A stretch of 64,000 nucleotides of DNA from Lachnospiraceae bacterium (GTDB taxonomy: Bacteria > Bacillota > Clostridia > Lachnospirales > Lachnospiraceae), in the NCBI GenBank assembly GCA_029054245.1, contig JAIDFQ010000004.1:127662-191661 (forward strand), given 5' to 3'. Positions 38,547-47,811 of this stretch are shown here, piece by piece (positions within the stretch are counted from its first letter, which is position 1; each line of letters opens with the position of its first letter). The notes below the pieces were generated by a model. It was not told the origin of the DNA. It saw only the letters and a list, made by a program, of their open reading frames with translations, and ran no database searches. A program made the translations under genes and the position numbers.

Positions 38547-38747
38547 TTATTTCATCATTTCTTCTTGCTTCTTGATCATTCTACGAACCATTTCACCACC
38601 GATGGAACCGGCTTCCTTGGATGTTAAATCGCCGTTGTAGCCTTCTTTTAAGTTAACACCAAGTTCAGAAGCAACTTCTGTTTTGAAACGATCCATAGCT
38701 GCCTTAGCTTCAGGAACTTCTACTCTATTAGATTTGCTGCTTGCCAT
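38547..38747 (-). CDS. Alpha/beta-type small acid-soluble spore protein
   Basis: FKTEVASELGV...GDLTSKEAGSIGGEMVRRMI; GGAGGTG RBS. Confidence 0.93.
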   Translation of the reverse strand: MASSKSNRVEVPEAKAAMDRFKTEVASELGVNLKEGYNGDLTSKEAGSIGGEMVRRMIKKQEEMMK

Positions 38748-38939
38748 CTTCATTCACCTCCGTTATTATTTTTGACTGTCTATTGCAGTCTTCTTCAAGA
38801 TAAGCGTTTAAGATTTTCGCTTATCCTGAAGATTTCTCTCCGTTCAAAGCGTTTCTTTATCACTTATCTTGTTCATAGTATTAACGGTGTTCGTGAAAAT
38901 ATTATGGTAAGTTTTTCCGTTTAATAAAAAACTAAAAAA

Positions 38940-39443
38940 TCAAAAGCTCCGTATCTTATCGCTTCCGTCATCCTCCGTATTTTCAATCGACTTTACAATC
39001 AGATAATAGCCATAATCAGCATTGACCTGTACGTAAACGCGATCTCCTGCTTTGTGTCCTATCAGCGCTTTTCCAATTGGCGATTCTATACTTACAAGTC
39101 CCGCCAGCGAATTTCCCCGCATAGTCGTTACGATCTTATAGGTTTCAACCGACCCATCTTCTTCAAACTCGACTTCCACGGTATTGTTCATCCCAATCTC
39201 ATCTTCCTTTGAATCGTCCGCAATCACCTCAGCGGTCTTAATCATGCGCTCTAAGAAACGGATGCGGCTTTCATTTTTGTTTTTTTCTCTTTTGGCAGCA
39301 TAATATTCAAAATTTTCGCTTAAGTCTCCCTGTGCCCTTGCCTCCTTGACAGATTCCAAAAGTTTCGGACGTATTACCAATTTTCTTTCTTCTATCTCTG
39401 CCTCCATTGCATCAATATCCTTCTGTGTCAATTGATTAAACAT
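38940..39443 (-). CDS. greA: Transcription elongation factor GreA
   Basis: ARAQGDLSENFEY and SIESPIGKALIG; start placed at ATG 39443. Confidence 0.88.
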   Translation of the reverse strand: MFNQLTQKDIDAMEAEIEERKLVIRPKLLESVKEARAQGDLSENFEYYAAKREKNKNESRIRFLERMIKTAEVIADDSKEDEIGMNNTVEVEFEEDGSVETYKIVTTMRGNSLAGLVSIESPIGKALIGHKAGDRVYVQVNADYGYYLIVKSIENTEDDGSDKIRSF

Positions 39444-39508
39444 ACCATTCCCCCTTACGAAATATTTTGAATCACCGCCTGAACCGCATTTTTGCACAAA
39501 TACCATTT

Positions 39509-39949
39509 TTATCTGATACTCATCCCGCCTGCCTCAAGCTGGACTGTTACCAGCTTTCTGCACAAGTATTGAATCAGATCTTTTCTGGTGATGATTCCGA
39601 TAAACCGCTCCCTGTCATCAATGACAGGGACAAAGTTCTGATTCATTGCAACATTCAGCAGATCTTCCATGTTAACATCCACATCTACCGGCTCATTATC
39701 ACGCTTACGCGCTATTTCCGTCATGGGTATGACCTCTGCCTTCCGCAGAGAAAGATCTCCCTGCTCCTTGATATACCATAGCATATCGCCTTCTGTCAAT
39801 GTACCTATGTACCGCCCGTCTTCCTTCCTGATTACTGGAATTGCGGAATATCTATGATTTTCCATTTTTTCCAGAACCTGACGGACAGTGTCCGTATCAT
39901 AGACATAAGCCACTTCGCTTTTGGGCGTTAAAAAAAATAATATGTTCAT
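39509..39949 (-). CDS. CBS-domain protein (YkuL-like)
   Basis: Tandem CBS pair: YSAIPV..YIGTLTEGD and FVPVID...FIGIITRKD. Confidence 0.85.
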   Translation of the reverse strand: MNILFFLTPKSEVAYVYDTDTVRQVLEKMENHRYSAIPVIRKEDGRYIGTLTEGDMLWYIKEQGDLSLRKAEVIPMTEIARKRDNEPVDVDVNMEDLLNVAMNQNFVPVIDDRERFIGIITRKDLIQYLCRKLVTVQLEAGGMSIR

Positions 39950-39966
39950 TCGTTCTCTTTCCTTAC

Positions 39967-40518
39967 CTACTTTAAATATACGATTTTTTCTGCCATTGCC
40001 TTGCTGGCATCGCTGCCTGATAGATGTTCTACGATCTTCAATGCAAACGGAATCGAGCAGCCCATACCGCGTCCTGTGATGATATTCCCATCCTGTACGG
40101 CAGGTTCATAGGTGATGACCGCACCTTCCAACTGATCTTCAAATCCAGGATAGGCAATTGCCTTTTTCCCTTTCAGTATGCCACGGTGGCCTAATATGGA
40201 TGGTGCTGCGCAGATTGCACACACAGTCTTACCTGCTGCCGCAAAAGCATCCACCTGCTCCATTAAAGGTTCGCACGCTTCCAGATTTTGGGTTCCGGCA
40301 AGACCACCGGGCAGTACAAGCACATCCACTTTGCTAAAATCCACCTCTTCAATAAGGCTGTCCATCACAACAGGAATCTGATGCGAACCTGTCACCGTTT
40401 TTTCACCCATAATGGAAACCATCTTTGTGTCTATTCCCTGTCTCCGCAGGATATCCACCACGGTAAGCGCTTCTATCTCCTCATAACCTGTTCCAAAAAA
40501 TACACAAACTTTGCTCAT
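39967..40518 (-). CDS. DJ-1/PfpI (ThiJ)-family protein
   Basis: GYEEIEA, VLPGG, AICAAP, ITGRG. Confidence 0.9.
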   Translation of the reverse strand: MSKVCVFFGTGYEEIEALTVVDILRRQGIDTKMVSIMGEKTVTGSHQIPVVMDSLIEEVDFSKVDVLVLPGGLAGTQNLEACEPLMEQVDAFAAAGKTVCAICAAPSILGHRGILKGKKAIAYPGFEDQLEGAVITYEPAVQDGNIITGRGMGCSIPFALKIVEHLSGSDASKAMAEKIVYLK

Positions 40519-40591
40519 AACTAACCCCCAGCTTTTCTTTTTTTCTGTAAATATTTTACCATCAAATACCTTAAATTACTAATAAATGATT

Positions 40592-40620
40592 TGTAAACTT
40601 TATTAAGGAAAGATATAATA
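40592..40620 (+). promoter_or_regulatory. Putative SigA promoter of the CYTH gene
   Basis: TTGTAA, 17-nt spacer, TATAAT. Confidence 0.5.
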
Positions 40621-40662
40621 TTCTTGAAATTAAAAAATGTGGAAAGAAAGGAATTCCTTGAC

Positions 40663-41160
40663 ATGGAAATCGAACGAAAATTTGAAATAAAAGAATTACC
40701 TGCTGATTTGTCTTCCTTCCCCTGCCTTTTCATTGAGCAGGCATATCTATGCACCGATCCAGTTATACGAATACGCCGACAGGATGATGAATTTTATCTT
40801 ACTTATAAGGGAAAGGGACTTATGGCGAGGGAAGAATATAACCTTCCATTAAATAGAAATGCCTATGAGCATCTTCTTGCAAAAGCGGACGGCAACATCA
40901 TTTCCAAAAAACGGTTCCTGCTCCCCATCAAGCAGCCTTCTTTTGCAGACGGCTTCAAAATGCCCAAGGAACCAATGAAACTTACAATTGAACTAGATGT
41001 TTTTAATCCGCCCTTTGCACCTCTTATCATAGCTGAAGTGGAATTTCCGGATGTCGAAATGGCAGGCGCTTTCATCCCTCCTGCATGGCTGGGAAAAGAT
41101 GTAACAGACAATCCTGAATACCACAACTCAAATTTATCCCGAAAAGTTTTCATACATTAA
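40663..41160 (+). CDS. CYTH-domain protein (adenylate cyclase/triphosphatase-like)
   Basis: MEIERKF ExExK motif, IRIR, REEYN, ELDVF, AEVEF. Confidence 0.88.
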   Translation: MEIERKFEIKELPADLSSFPCLFIEQAYLCTDPVIRIRRQDDEFYLTYKGKGLMAREEYNLPLNRNAYEHLLAKADGNIISKKRFLLPIKQPSFADGFKMPKEPMKLTIELDVFNPPFAPLIIAEVEFPDVEMAGAFIPPAWLGKDVTDNPEYHNSNLSRKVFIH

Positions 41161-42197
41161 TTTGGATACTCTGGCTTTCCGGTGGATTCCCGCACCACCA
41201 GCTCTGCCGGAAAGCTGATATATTCATGCTTACATTTGCCGTCTATGACATCTAAAAGAAGCTGCGCTGTTTTTTCCGCCATAGCTTCCATCGGCTGCCT
41301 GATCGTAGTCAGCTGGGGCGTATAATATTCTCCTATGGCAAGACCATCATATCCCGCCACAGAAACATCTTCAGGAATTCTTTTTCCTGCCTCATGCAAC
41401 GCCCTGCATACACCAACTGCCAGAAAATCAGCAATGGCGAATACGGCAGTGAAATCCTCTCCTGAATCCAAAAGTTCTTGGGCTAGTGCATATCCGCTCT
41501 GCATAGAATAGGGATCTTCCACGTCTTTCACTTCATAAATCAGCTTTTCATCTATTGCAATTCCCCTTGCAGTCAAAGCATCCTTATATCCTTCCAGTCT
41601 GAGCTGCCCCACGGATTCCGCACCCGTGCCTTCTGTAATAATGGCGATTCTCTTATGCCCCAGATCTAACAGATAATTCGTCATTTTGCGGCTCTCAGCT
41701 CTGTCATCCACCGCGATATTGGAATATACCTTTTCTTCCGTATCCTTCACCTTTCCTATTGTGCAGAATACAAAAGGAACCCTCAGTTTTGCAATCTGAA
41801 CCGGGTCATGCTGATAAGAGCCTCCCAGAAAGATAATTCCTCTGAGCCGCTTTTCCTTTACCAGATGCAAGGCAACCTCCAGTTCATTCCCGTATGCATC
41901 CACATGCTGTATAACCAGCGCATATTTCTTTTTCTGAGCCTGTTTTTCAATAATCTGTATCGCCGGGCCAAAGAACGGATTGGTGATTCCCTTAATTAGA
42001 ACGGCGATACATTTTGCATCCACACGCTTTAAGTTTCTGGCACTGTTATTTGGTATAAAACCTGTTTCCTTAATAACTTCCATAACCATTTTTCTGGTTT
42101 CCGGACTAATGTCAGGGTGATTATTAATGGCTCTGGATACCGTGCTGATTCCTACTCCGCACTTTTTGGCTATATCTTTAATTGTCAATTCATCCAC
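41157..42197 (-). CDS. LacI-family transcriptional regulator
   Basis: TIKDIAKKCGVGISTVSRAIN HTH, IPEDVSVAGYD, LTTIRQP; GTG start. Confidence 0.92.
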   Translation of the reverse strand: MDELTIKDIAKKCGVGISTVSRAINNHPDISPETRKMVMEVIKETGFIPNNSARNLKRVDAKCIAVLIKGITNPFFGPAIQIIEKQAQKKKYALVIQHVDAYGNELEVALHLVKEKRLRGIIFLGGSYQHDPVQIAKLRVPFVFCTIGKVKDTEEKVYSNIAVDDRAESRKMTNYLLDLGHKRIAIITEGTGAESVGQLRLEGYKDALTARGIAIDEKLIYEVKDVEDPYSMQSGYALAQELLDSGEDFTAVFAIADFLAVGVCRALHEAGKRIPEDVSVAGYDGLAIGEYYTPQLTTIRQPMEAMAEKTAQLLLDVIDGKCKHEYISFPAELVVRESTGKPEYPN

Positions 42198-42245
42198 TAA
42201 TAAGTTCCCCTTACTTCTGCACCTTCTTCTGTGTGCTGTGTCATG

Positions 42246-43724
42246 CTATTTTGCTCTTCCATATAATTTACATAAATCAAATATCCTGCCTGCAAGTTCA
42301 TCACTAAGCTGTCCCTTCACCATTCTCCACTTCCAGTTTGTACCCAGAGTAGAGGGCACATTAATCCTTGCCTCTGTTCCAAGCCCCAAATAATCCTGCA
42401 TGGGAATGATTGCTGTATCTGATACGCTTGCTATTGCCGCACGGATAAAATTCCATTCTATATCCTTGCTTCCCTTGATGTTCAAATACCTTCTCGCAAA
42501 ACTGCGATCCTTTCGGTTAATGGACTGATACCATCCAACCGTCGTATCATTGTCATGCGTTCCTGTGTAAACTACCGAATTTGCAATATAATTATGCGGC
42601 AGATAATCACTTTCTTCTCTGGAGTCAAATGCAAACTGTAAGATTTTCATCCCTGGATAGCCGGTTTTCTTCACAAGTTTGATGACTGAAGGGGTCAAGA
42701 AACCAAGATCCTCTGCTATGACAGGCTTGTCGCCCAGTTTTTCTTTCATAACCTTGAACAGATCATACCCCGGTCCTTTTTCCCACTTACCAAACTCAGC
42801 CGTCTCATCTCCGAACGGAATGTTGTAATATTCATCAAAGCCCCTGAAATGATCGATGCGGATTACATCATAAAGCTTATAGCAATATGCAATCCTCTGC
42901 ATCCACCATGCATAACCGGTTTCTTTATGATACTCCCAGCGGTAAAGGGGATTGCCCCAAAGCTGCCCGGTAGCAGAAAAAGCGTCAGGCGGGCATCCCG
43001 CCACACCGGTAGGCATACAATTTTCATCAAACTGGAACAGTTCCGGATTTGCCCATGCATCCGCGCTGTCAAAAGCAACATAGATTGGAATATCCCCTAT
43101 AATCATGATTCCATTATCATTCGCGTATTTCTTGAGCTTTGCCCACTGTGTGGCAAACAGGTACTGCTGAAACTCATAAAACAGTATTTCTTCTTTCAAT
43201 TCTTCCCTGTATCTGGCAACCGCATCTGCCTTTCTTAAACGAATACCATCATCCCACTCAGCCCAGCTCTTTCCCTCATAGGAGTCCTTCACTGCCATAT
43301 AAAGAGCATAATCCAGAAGCCAGAAATCATTTTCCTCTACAAAATCTTGAAACGCTCTGCTGTCTCTGACACTGCTGTTTTCAAATGCCTCTTTGAGCAT
43401 TTTGGAACGCGACAGATAAATTTTTTCGTAATCAACATATCCTTCGCTTCCACCCCAGTCACATTTCTCACATGCTTTTGCGGTAAGCATCCCCTCTTTA
43501 ATCAGTTCTTCCAGATCTATGTAATACGGGTTTCCTGCAAAAGTAGAAAAAGACTGGTAAGGGGAATCTCCATAACCAGTAGGTCCTAATGGCAGTATCT
43601 GCCAATAACTCTGCCCAGCCTCCTTCAGAAAATCTACAAATTCATATGCTTCTTTTGAAAAAGTTCCGATTCCATATGCTGACGGAATACTGGATATCGG
43701 TAATAAAATGCCGCTTGCTCTCAT
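42246..43724 (-). CDS. malQ: 4-alpha-glucanotransferase (amylomaltase, GH77)
   Basis: MRASGILL, WQILPL, YQSFSTFAGN, IRIDHFRGF, IAEDLG, YTGTHDNDT. Confidence 0.93.
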   Translation of the reverse strand: MRASGILLPISSIPSAYGIGTFSKEAYEFVDFLKEAGQSYWQILPLGPTGYGDSPYQSFSTFAGNPYYIDLEELIKEGMLTAKACEKCDWGGSEGYVDYEKIYLSRSKMLKEAFENSSVRDSRAFQDFVEENDFWLLDYALYMAVKDSYEGKSWAEWDDGIRLRKADAVARYREELKEEILFYEFQQYLFATQWAKLKKYANDNGIMIIGDIPIYVAFDSADAWANPELFQFDENCMPTGVAGCPPDAFSATGQLWGNPLYRWEYHKETGYAWWMQRIAYCYKLYDVIRIDHFRGFDEYYNIPFGDETAEFGKWEKGPGYDLFKVMKEKLGDKPVIAEDLGFLTPSVIKLVKKTGYPGMKILQFAFDSREESDYLPHNYIANSVVYTGTHDNDTTVGWYQSINRKDRSFARRYLNIKGSKDIEWNFIRAAIASVSDTAIIPMQDYLGLGTEARINVPSTLGTNWKWRMVKGQLSDELAGRIFDLCKLYGRAK

Positions 43725-43748
43725 ATTCTTTCTCCCATTTTTTATTCC

Positions 43749-43762
43749 CGGCAACGCTCCCG
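43749..43762. promoter_or_regulatory. Candidate LacI-family operator upstream of malQ
   Basis: CGGCAACGCTCCCG, an imperfect CG-centred palindrome, lies just downstream of a TATAAT (43772-43767, minus strand). Confidence 0.5.
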
Positions 43763-43786
43763 GGCAATTATACAAACTATAAAAAG

Positions 43787-43821
43787 AATACCACTTGCAG
43801 TGGTAATTTACAAGTGGTATT
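43787..43821 (-). terminator. Terminator after thiT
   Basis: 11-bp stem AATACCACTTG/CAAGTGGTATT followed by CTTTTT on the minus strand. Confidence 0.65.
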
Positions 43822-43887
43822 TCCAATTTCACCTAAAACTTCCATCCTATGATTCATTGCCAAAGCCCCGAACCGTAAGACCCTATT

Positions 43888-44568
43888 TTATAATGCATTT
43901 CCTGCCATATTTCTTACCTTTGAAAGCCCCGCACAAACCGGTGGAAGCAGTAGAATCACTACCGTAACCAACGCCTCAAGTCCCAGGTACGCTCCATTAT
44001 ACACCAGCGAATAAATCGGCGCTGACATATTGTAATATGCCCCATAGCTTCCGAAAAAGATCATCCCTGATAAAAATGTGAAAAAATACCTTCCCAAGAC
44101 CCCTACGATATATCCTAATACCATTCCATGCTTTTTATCCTTAAACATACCGGAAAGCCCCAGTGCGCCAAAAGCAAGGATATAATCTGTAAGCATCTGC
44201 GGAACACTGATGATGTACGGATCCACGATCAGCTGCAGAAATCCATATGCAATCGCCGCCGTGAGCCCGGTACGCAGTCCAAACATATAGCCAATCAAGC
44301 ATATAAACATCATACTGCACAGCGTGACGGATCCCCCCATTGGCATATCAACCAATTTGACCATACTGGTCACCATCCCAAGCGCTATCGCCATTGCCGA
44401 AAACACAAGCTGTTTCGTATTAATTTTCCTGCCGCTACTTCCGCTGATCATACATCCCAGCAAAAGAACTGCAAGCATCACGGCAATCAAAACACCGTAG
44501 CCCGCTCCGGTCAACGCATAAGAAATGTTGCCTTCTTCATCCATGATTTGTGTTGCAAAATAAGACAT
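43888..44568 (-). CDS. thiT: Energy-coupled thiamine transporter S component
   Basis: MPMGGSVT, DYILAFGALG, SGMIFFGSY, YSLVYNGAY; TPP riboswitch upstream. Confidence 0.9.
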   Translation of the reverse strand: MSYFATQIMDEEGNISYALTGAGYGVLIAVMLAVLLLGCMISGSSGRKINTKQLVFSAMAIALGMVTSMVKLVDMPMGGSVTLCSMMFICLIGYMFGLRTGLTAAIAYGFLQLIVDPYIISVPQMLTDYILAFGALGLSGMFKDKKHGMVLGYIVGVLGRYFFTFLSGMIFFGSYGAYYNMSAPIYSLVYNGAYLGLEALVTVVILLLPPVCAGLSKVRNMAGNAL

Positions 44569-44689
44569 AAAAAAACCTCCTTTTGTTATCACAGGAGGAG
44601 AGTACAGATTTTCATCAGCATATGATCTTTCTATCAAAATATGTAAATTTACCAGACATCATTCGATATTCAATCACAACAAATATGAA

Positions 44690-44792
44690 AATCAGCTTCC
44701 CTACGCCGGTATTATCCGGGTCAGGTAATGAGGGTTAATATATACCTTCTTTGAGGCATACACAATCTCAGCTCTTGCTCCCCTAGCGATTT
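44690..44792 (-). ncRNA. TPP riboswitch
   Basis: Minus strand reads CTAGGGGAGC...GCTGAGA...AACCCTCATTACCTGACCCGGATAATACCGGCGTAGGGAAG, carrying the conserved TPP aptamer words. Confidence 0.93.
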
Positions 44793-44889
44793 ATTCTTTT
44801 CAAAATAAAAATATACCGCCGGTGGAAATTTGTCAAGTAAATTCCATTCCGTTCGTGAAATCGAACTTTTACTCCCATTCTGTTACTTC

Positions 44890-44918
44890 TTGCACCGAGG
44901 GAAGAAATATTATATGAT
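44890..44918 (+). promoter_or_regulatory. Putative SigA promoter of the malic enzyme gene
   Basis: TTGCAC, 17-nt spacer, TATGAT. Confidence 0.5.
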
Positions 44919-44970
44919 AGATAAAGATGTCAAAAAGGATTTCATTAAATGAAGAAGTGAGGAAATAATT

Positions 44971-46122
44971 ATGAATACAAACGAAAAAGCATTGATGCTC
45001 CATGAGAAATGGAACGGTAAGCTTGAAACCATATCCAAGACTCCTGTCAAGTCCAGGGAGGATTTATCTTTGGCTTATACACCGGGCGTTGCAGAACCTT
45101 GTAAAGTAATCGCAGCAGACAAGGAAGCCGCCTATAAGTATACGATGAAAGCAAATACGGTTGCTGTTGTTTCTGATGGAAGCGCTGTGTTAGGGCTAGG
45201 TAATATCGGGCCTTATGCAGCAATGCCTGTTATGGAGGGGAAGGCTGTCCTCTTTAAGGAATTTGGCGGTGTCAATGCCGTTCCTATTTGTCTGGATACA
45301 CAGGATACAGAGGAGATCATCAAGGCAGTCACTTATCTTGCTCCCGGATTTGGCGGTATCAATCTGGAGGATATCAGCGCGCCCCGGTGTTTTGAAATCG
45401 AAGAGCGTTTAAAGGAGATTCTGGATATTCCCGTTTTTCATGATGACCAGCATGGAACTGCTATTGTGGTTTTAGCCGGCATCATCAATGCATTGAAGGT
45501 CGTAAAGAAATCAAAAGAGGAATGCAAGGTAGTTGTAAATGGAGCAGGCAGCGCCGGTATTGCAATCACCAAACTGCTTCTGACTTATGGATTTCCCAAT
45601 ATCATTATGTGTGACAAAGTGGGTATTGTTTCAAAGGATACGGAAGGTCTTAACTGGATGCAGCAGAAAATGACAAAGGTTACCAATCCCGGTAACGAGA
45701 CCGGCTCCTTAGCTGATGCCCTGAAAGGCGCAGATATTTTTGTAGGCGTTTCTGCACCTAATATCGTTACACCAGAAATGGTTTCTTCCATGAATAAGGA
45801 TGCCATTTTGTTTGCAATGGCAAATCCCGTACCGGAAATCATGCCGGATCTTGCAAAGGCTGCAGGCGCCAGAGTGGTTGGCACAGGGCGGAGCGATTTT
45901 CCTAATCAGGTCAACAACGTGGTTGCTTTCCCTGGTATTTTTAAGGGAGCACTTGAGGGACGCGCCACACAGATTACAGAGGAAATGAAGCTGGCTGCTG
46001 CCAATGCGATCGCTTCCCTCGTTCCTGATGATGAATTAAACGAAGATAATATCATGCCCGAAGCATTTAATCCCAAGGTTGCCGAACTCGTTGCCGAAGC
46101 CGTGAAATCTCATATCAACTGA
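44971..46122 (+). CDS. NAD(P)-dependent malic enzyme
   Basis: AYTPGVA, VVSDGSAVLGLG, NLEDISAPRCF, FHDDQHGT, AMANP, TGRSDFPNQVNN. Confidence 0.93.
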   Translation: MNTNEKALMLHEKWNGKLETISKTPVKSREDLSLAYTPGVAEPCKVIAADKEAAYKYTMKANTVAVVSDGSAVLGLGNIGPYAAMPVMEGKAVLFKEFGGVNAVPICLDTQDTEEIIKAVTYLAPGFGGINLEDISAPRCFEIEERLKEILDIPVFHDDQHGTAIVVLAGIINALKVVKKSKEECKVVVNGAGSAGIAITKLLLTYGFPNIIMCDKVGIVSKDTEGLNWMQQKMTKVTNPGNETGSLADALKGADIFVGVSAPNIVTPEMVSSMNKDAILFAMANPVPEIMPDLAKAAGARVVGTGRSDFPNQVNNVVAFPGIFKGALEGRATQITEEMKLAAANAIASLVPDDELNEDNIMPEAFNPKVAELVAEAVKSHIN

Positions 46123-46129
46123 CTTAGAT

Positions 46130-47164
46130 ATGGAGCATCCGGTCAAACAGTCCTTGAACTTCATAAACGGAAGCTGGCACGGTAAGCCTTACTACTCTCT
46201 AGACGCTTATTGCAAAAATATTTACGGCGAAAAGTTATATAAAGTTGCGCTGAATGCAGGTATGACCTGCCCTAACAGAGACGGCACCAAAGGCGACTGT
46301 GGCTGTATTTTCTGCAGTGCAGGGGGCAGCGGTGATTTTGCAGTTTCTCTAAAAGATGACGGAGATTCTTTGTATACGGCATTTCCTGAAGCAAAAGAAG
46401 CTGAAAGATTTGAAGCTGCTTACCGACAGGGAATTTCCGTTTTATCCGGGAAAAAGACAGGGCGGCGCTTTATCGCCTATTTCCAGGCATACACCAACAC
46501 TTATGGTCCCATTGCATATCTGGAAAAGATTTACCGTCTTGCCCTCGATGCACCGTTGACAGCAGGTATTTCCATAGCCACAAGGCCTGACTGCCTTCCT
46601 CTTCCTGTGATTGAACTTTTGCTGAAGCTGAAAGAAGAATATCCTTCTAAGTTTATCTGGATCGAGCTGGGACTTCAAACCATTCATGAAGCCACTGCCG
46701 CTTTTATCAGACGGGGCTATCCCTTGTCATGCTTTGAAGAAAGCGTAAGGGTATTGCATAAAGCCAAAATACCAGTAATCGTCCATGTCATACTGGGACT
46801 GCCGGGAGAGGGACCTAAGGAGATGCTCTCTACCATTCACTACTTGAATACACTGCCTATCTGGGGAATCAAGCTGCAGCTTCTACACATTTTGAAAGGG
46901 ACAGATTTAGGACTGCTCTGGGAGAAAACACCTGAATCATGCGGTTCTTTTTCCACTTTGGAGCTATATCTTGAAATTCTGATAAATGCTGTGGAACACC
47001 TTCGCCCAGATATCGTCATTCACCGCCTTACAGGGGATGCGCCAAAAGATTTGCTGCTATTTCCCCTATGGAGCGCCGACAAACGTCGTGTTCTCAATAC
47101 CCTGCATAAGCAAATGAACAGACATGGCTCCTATCAAGGCAGATATTGGAACGAGGCACTATAA
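46130..47164 (+). CDS. TIGR01212 (YhcC/YtqA)-family radical SAM protein
   Basis: CPNRDG...GCIFC cluster motif, YFQAYTNTY, TRPDC, ELGLQT, HRLTGD. Confidence 0.88.
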   Translation: MEHPVKQSLNFINGSWHGKPYYSLDAYCKNIYGEKLYKVALNAGMTCPNRDGTKGDCGCIFCSAGGSGDFAVSLKDDGDSLYTAFPEAKEAERFEAAYRQGISVLSGKKTGRRFIAYFQAYTNTYGPIAYLEKIYRLALDAPLTAGISIATRPDCLPLPVIELLLKLKEEYPSKFIWIELGLQTIHEATAAFIRRGYPLSCFEESVRVLHKAKIPVIVHVILGLPGEGPKEMLSTIHYLNTLPIWGIKLQLLHILKGTDLGLLWEKTPESCGSFSTLELYLEILINAVEHLRPDIVIHRLTGDAPKDLLLFPLWSADKRRVLNTLHKQMNRHGSYQGRYWNEAL

Positions 47165-47199
47165 ACCATTTTCGTTTTTACACAAAAAGGATGATGACC

Positions 47200-47712
47200 A
47201 TGCACGACCCATTGACATTATACAAATTAATCGTACTTTATATGCTGGAAAGAGTTGATTTTCCTATCACCAAAGCGCAGATCAGCGACTTTATATTAGG
47301 AAAAGAATACACGAATTTCCTCACCCTGGGACAGGTAATCGGTGAACTGACCGATGCCGGTCTTGTCACCGCACAATCCATTCGGAACCGTACACACCTT
47401 GCCATCACAAATGAAGGAAAAGAAACGCTGAAATTTTTTGAGAACCAAATAAATGACAGCATCAAAACAGATATTGATGGTTTTTTCAGAGAAAATGAAA
47501 TCAATCTGCGGAATGAGGTGTCCATTTTATCCGATTACTATAAATCCACCTCCGGCGAATTTGAAGCCCATTTGGTGGCAAAAGAAAAAGGCGTCAATCT
47601 GGTTGACATAACAATATCTGTTCCCTCTAAGGAAACCGCTTCTTCTATCTGCGATAACTGGCAAAGAAAGAATCAGGAAATCTATCAATACCTGATCAGC
47701 CAGCTTTTCTGA
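47200..47712 (+). CDS. DUF4364-family winged-helix protein
   Basis: LYKLIVLYML...TNFLTLGQ pattern as recalled for DUF4364; start uncertain (47191 or 47200). Confidence 0.72.
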   Translation: MHDPLTLYKLIVLYMLERVDFPITKAQISDFILGKEYTNFLTLGQVIGELTDAGLVTAQSIRNRTHLAITNEGKETLKFFENQINDSIKTDIDGFFRENEINLRNEVSILSDYYKSTSGEFEAHLVAKEKGVNLVDITISVPSKETASSICDNWQRKNQEIYQYLISQLF

Positions 47713-47723
47713 CAGCATAACAA

Positions 47724-47768
47724 TTCAGCCGGTTATCTGCGCAGCAAACGCACAGTTAACCGGCTGAA
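47724..47768. terminator. Long hairpin between convergent genes
   Basis: 12-bp perfect stem TTCAGCCGGTTA/TAACCGGCTGAA around a 21-nt structured loop. Confidence 0.65.
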
Positions 47769-47811
47769 AGTTTAGCGAATCATCTGCCCCGCATGACACA
47801 TACGCTTCCTC

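Noticed and set aside
46204-46213. Partial matches to the dispersed module inside genes (gcttattgca here; tccaataagcg near 57766)
   Set aside because: Only 10-11 nt, inside coding sequence and without the paired second copy; compatible with chance.
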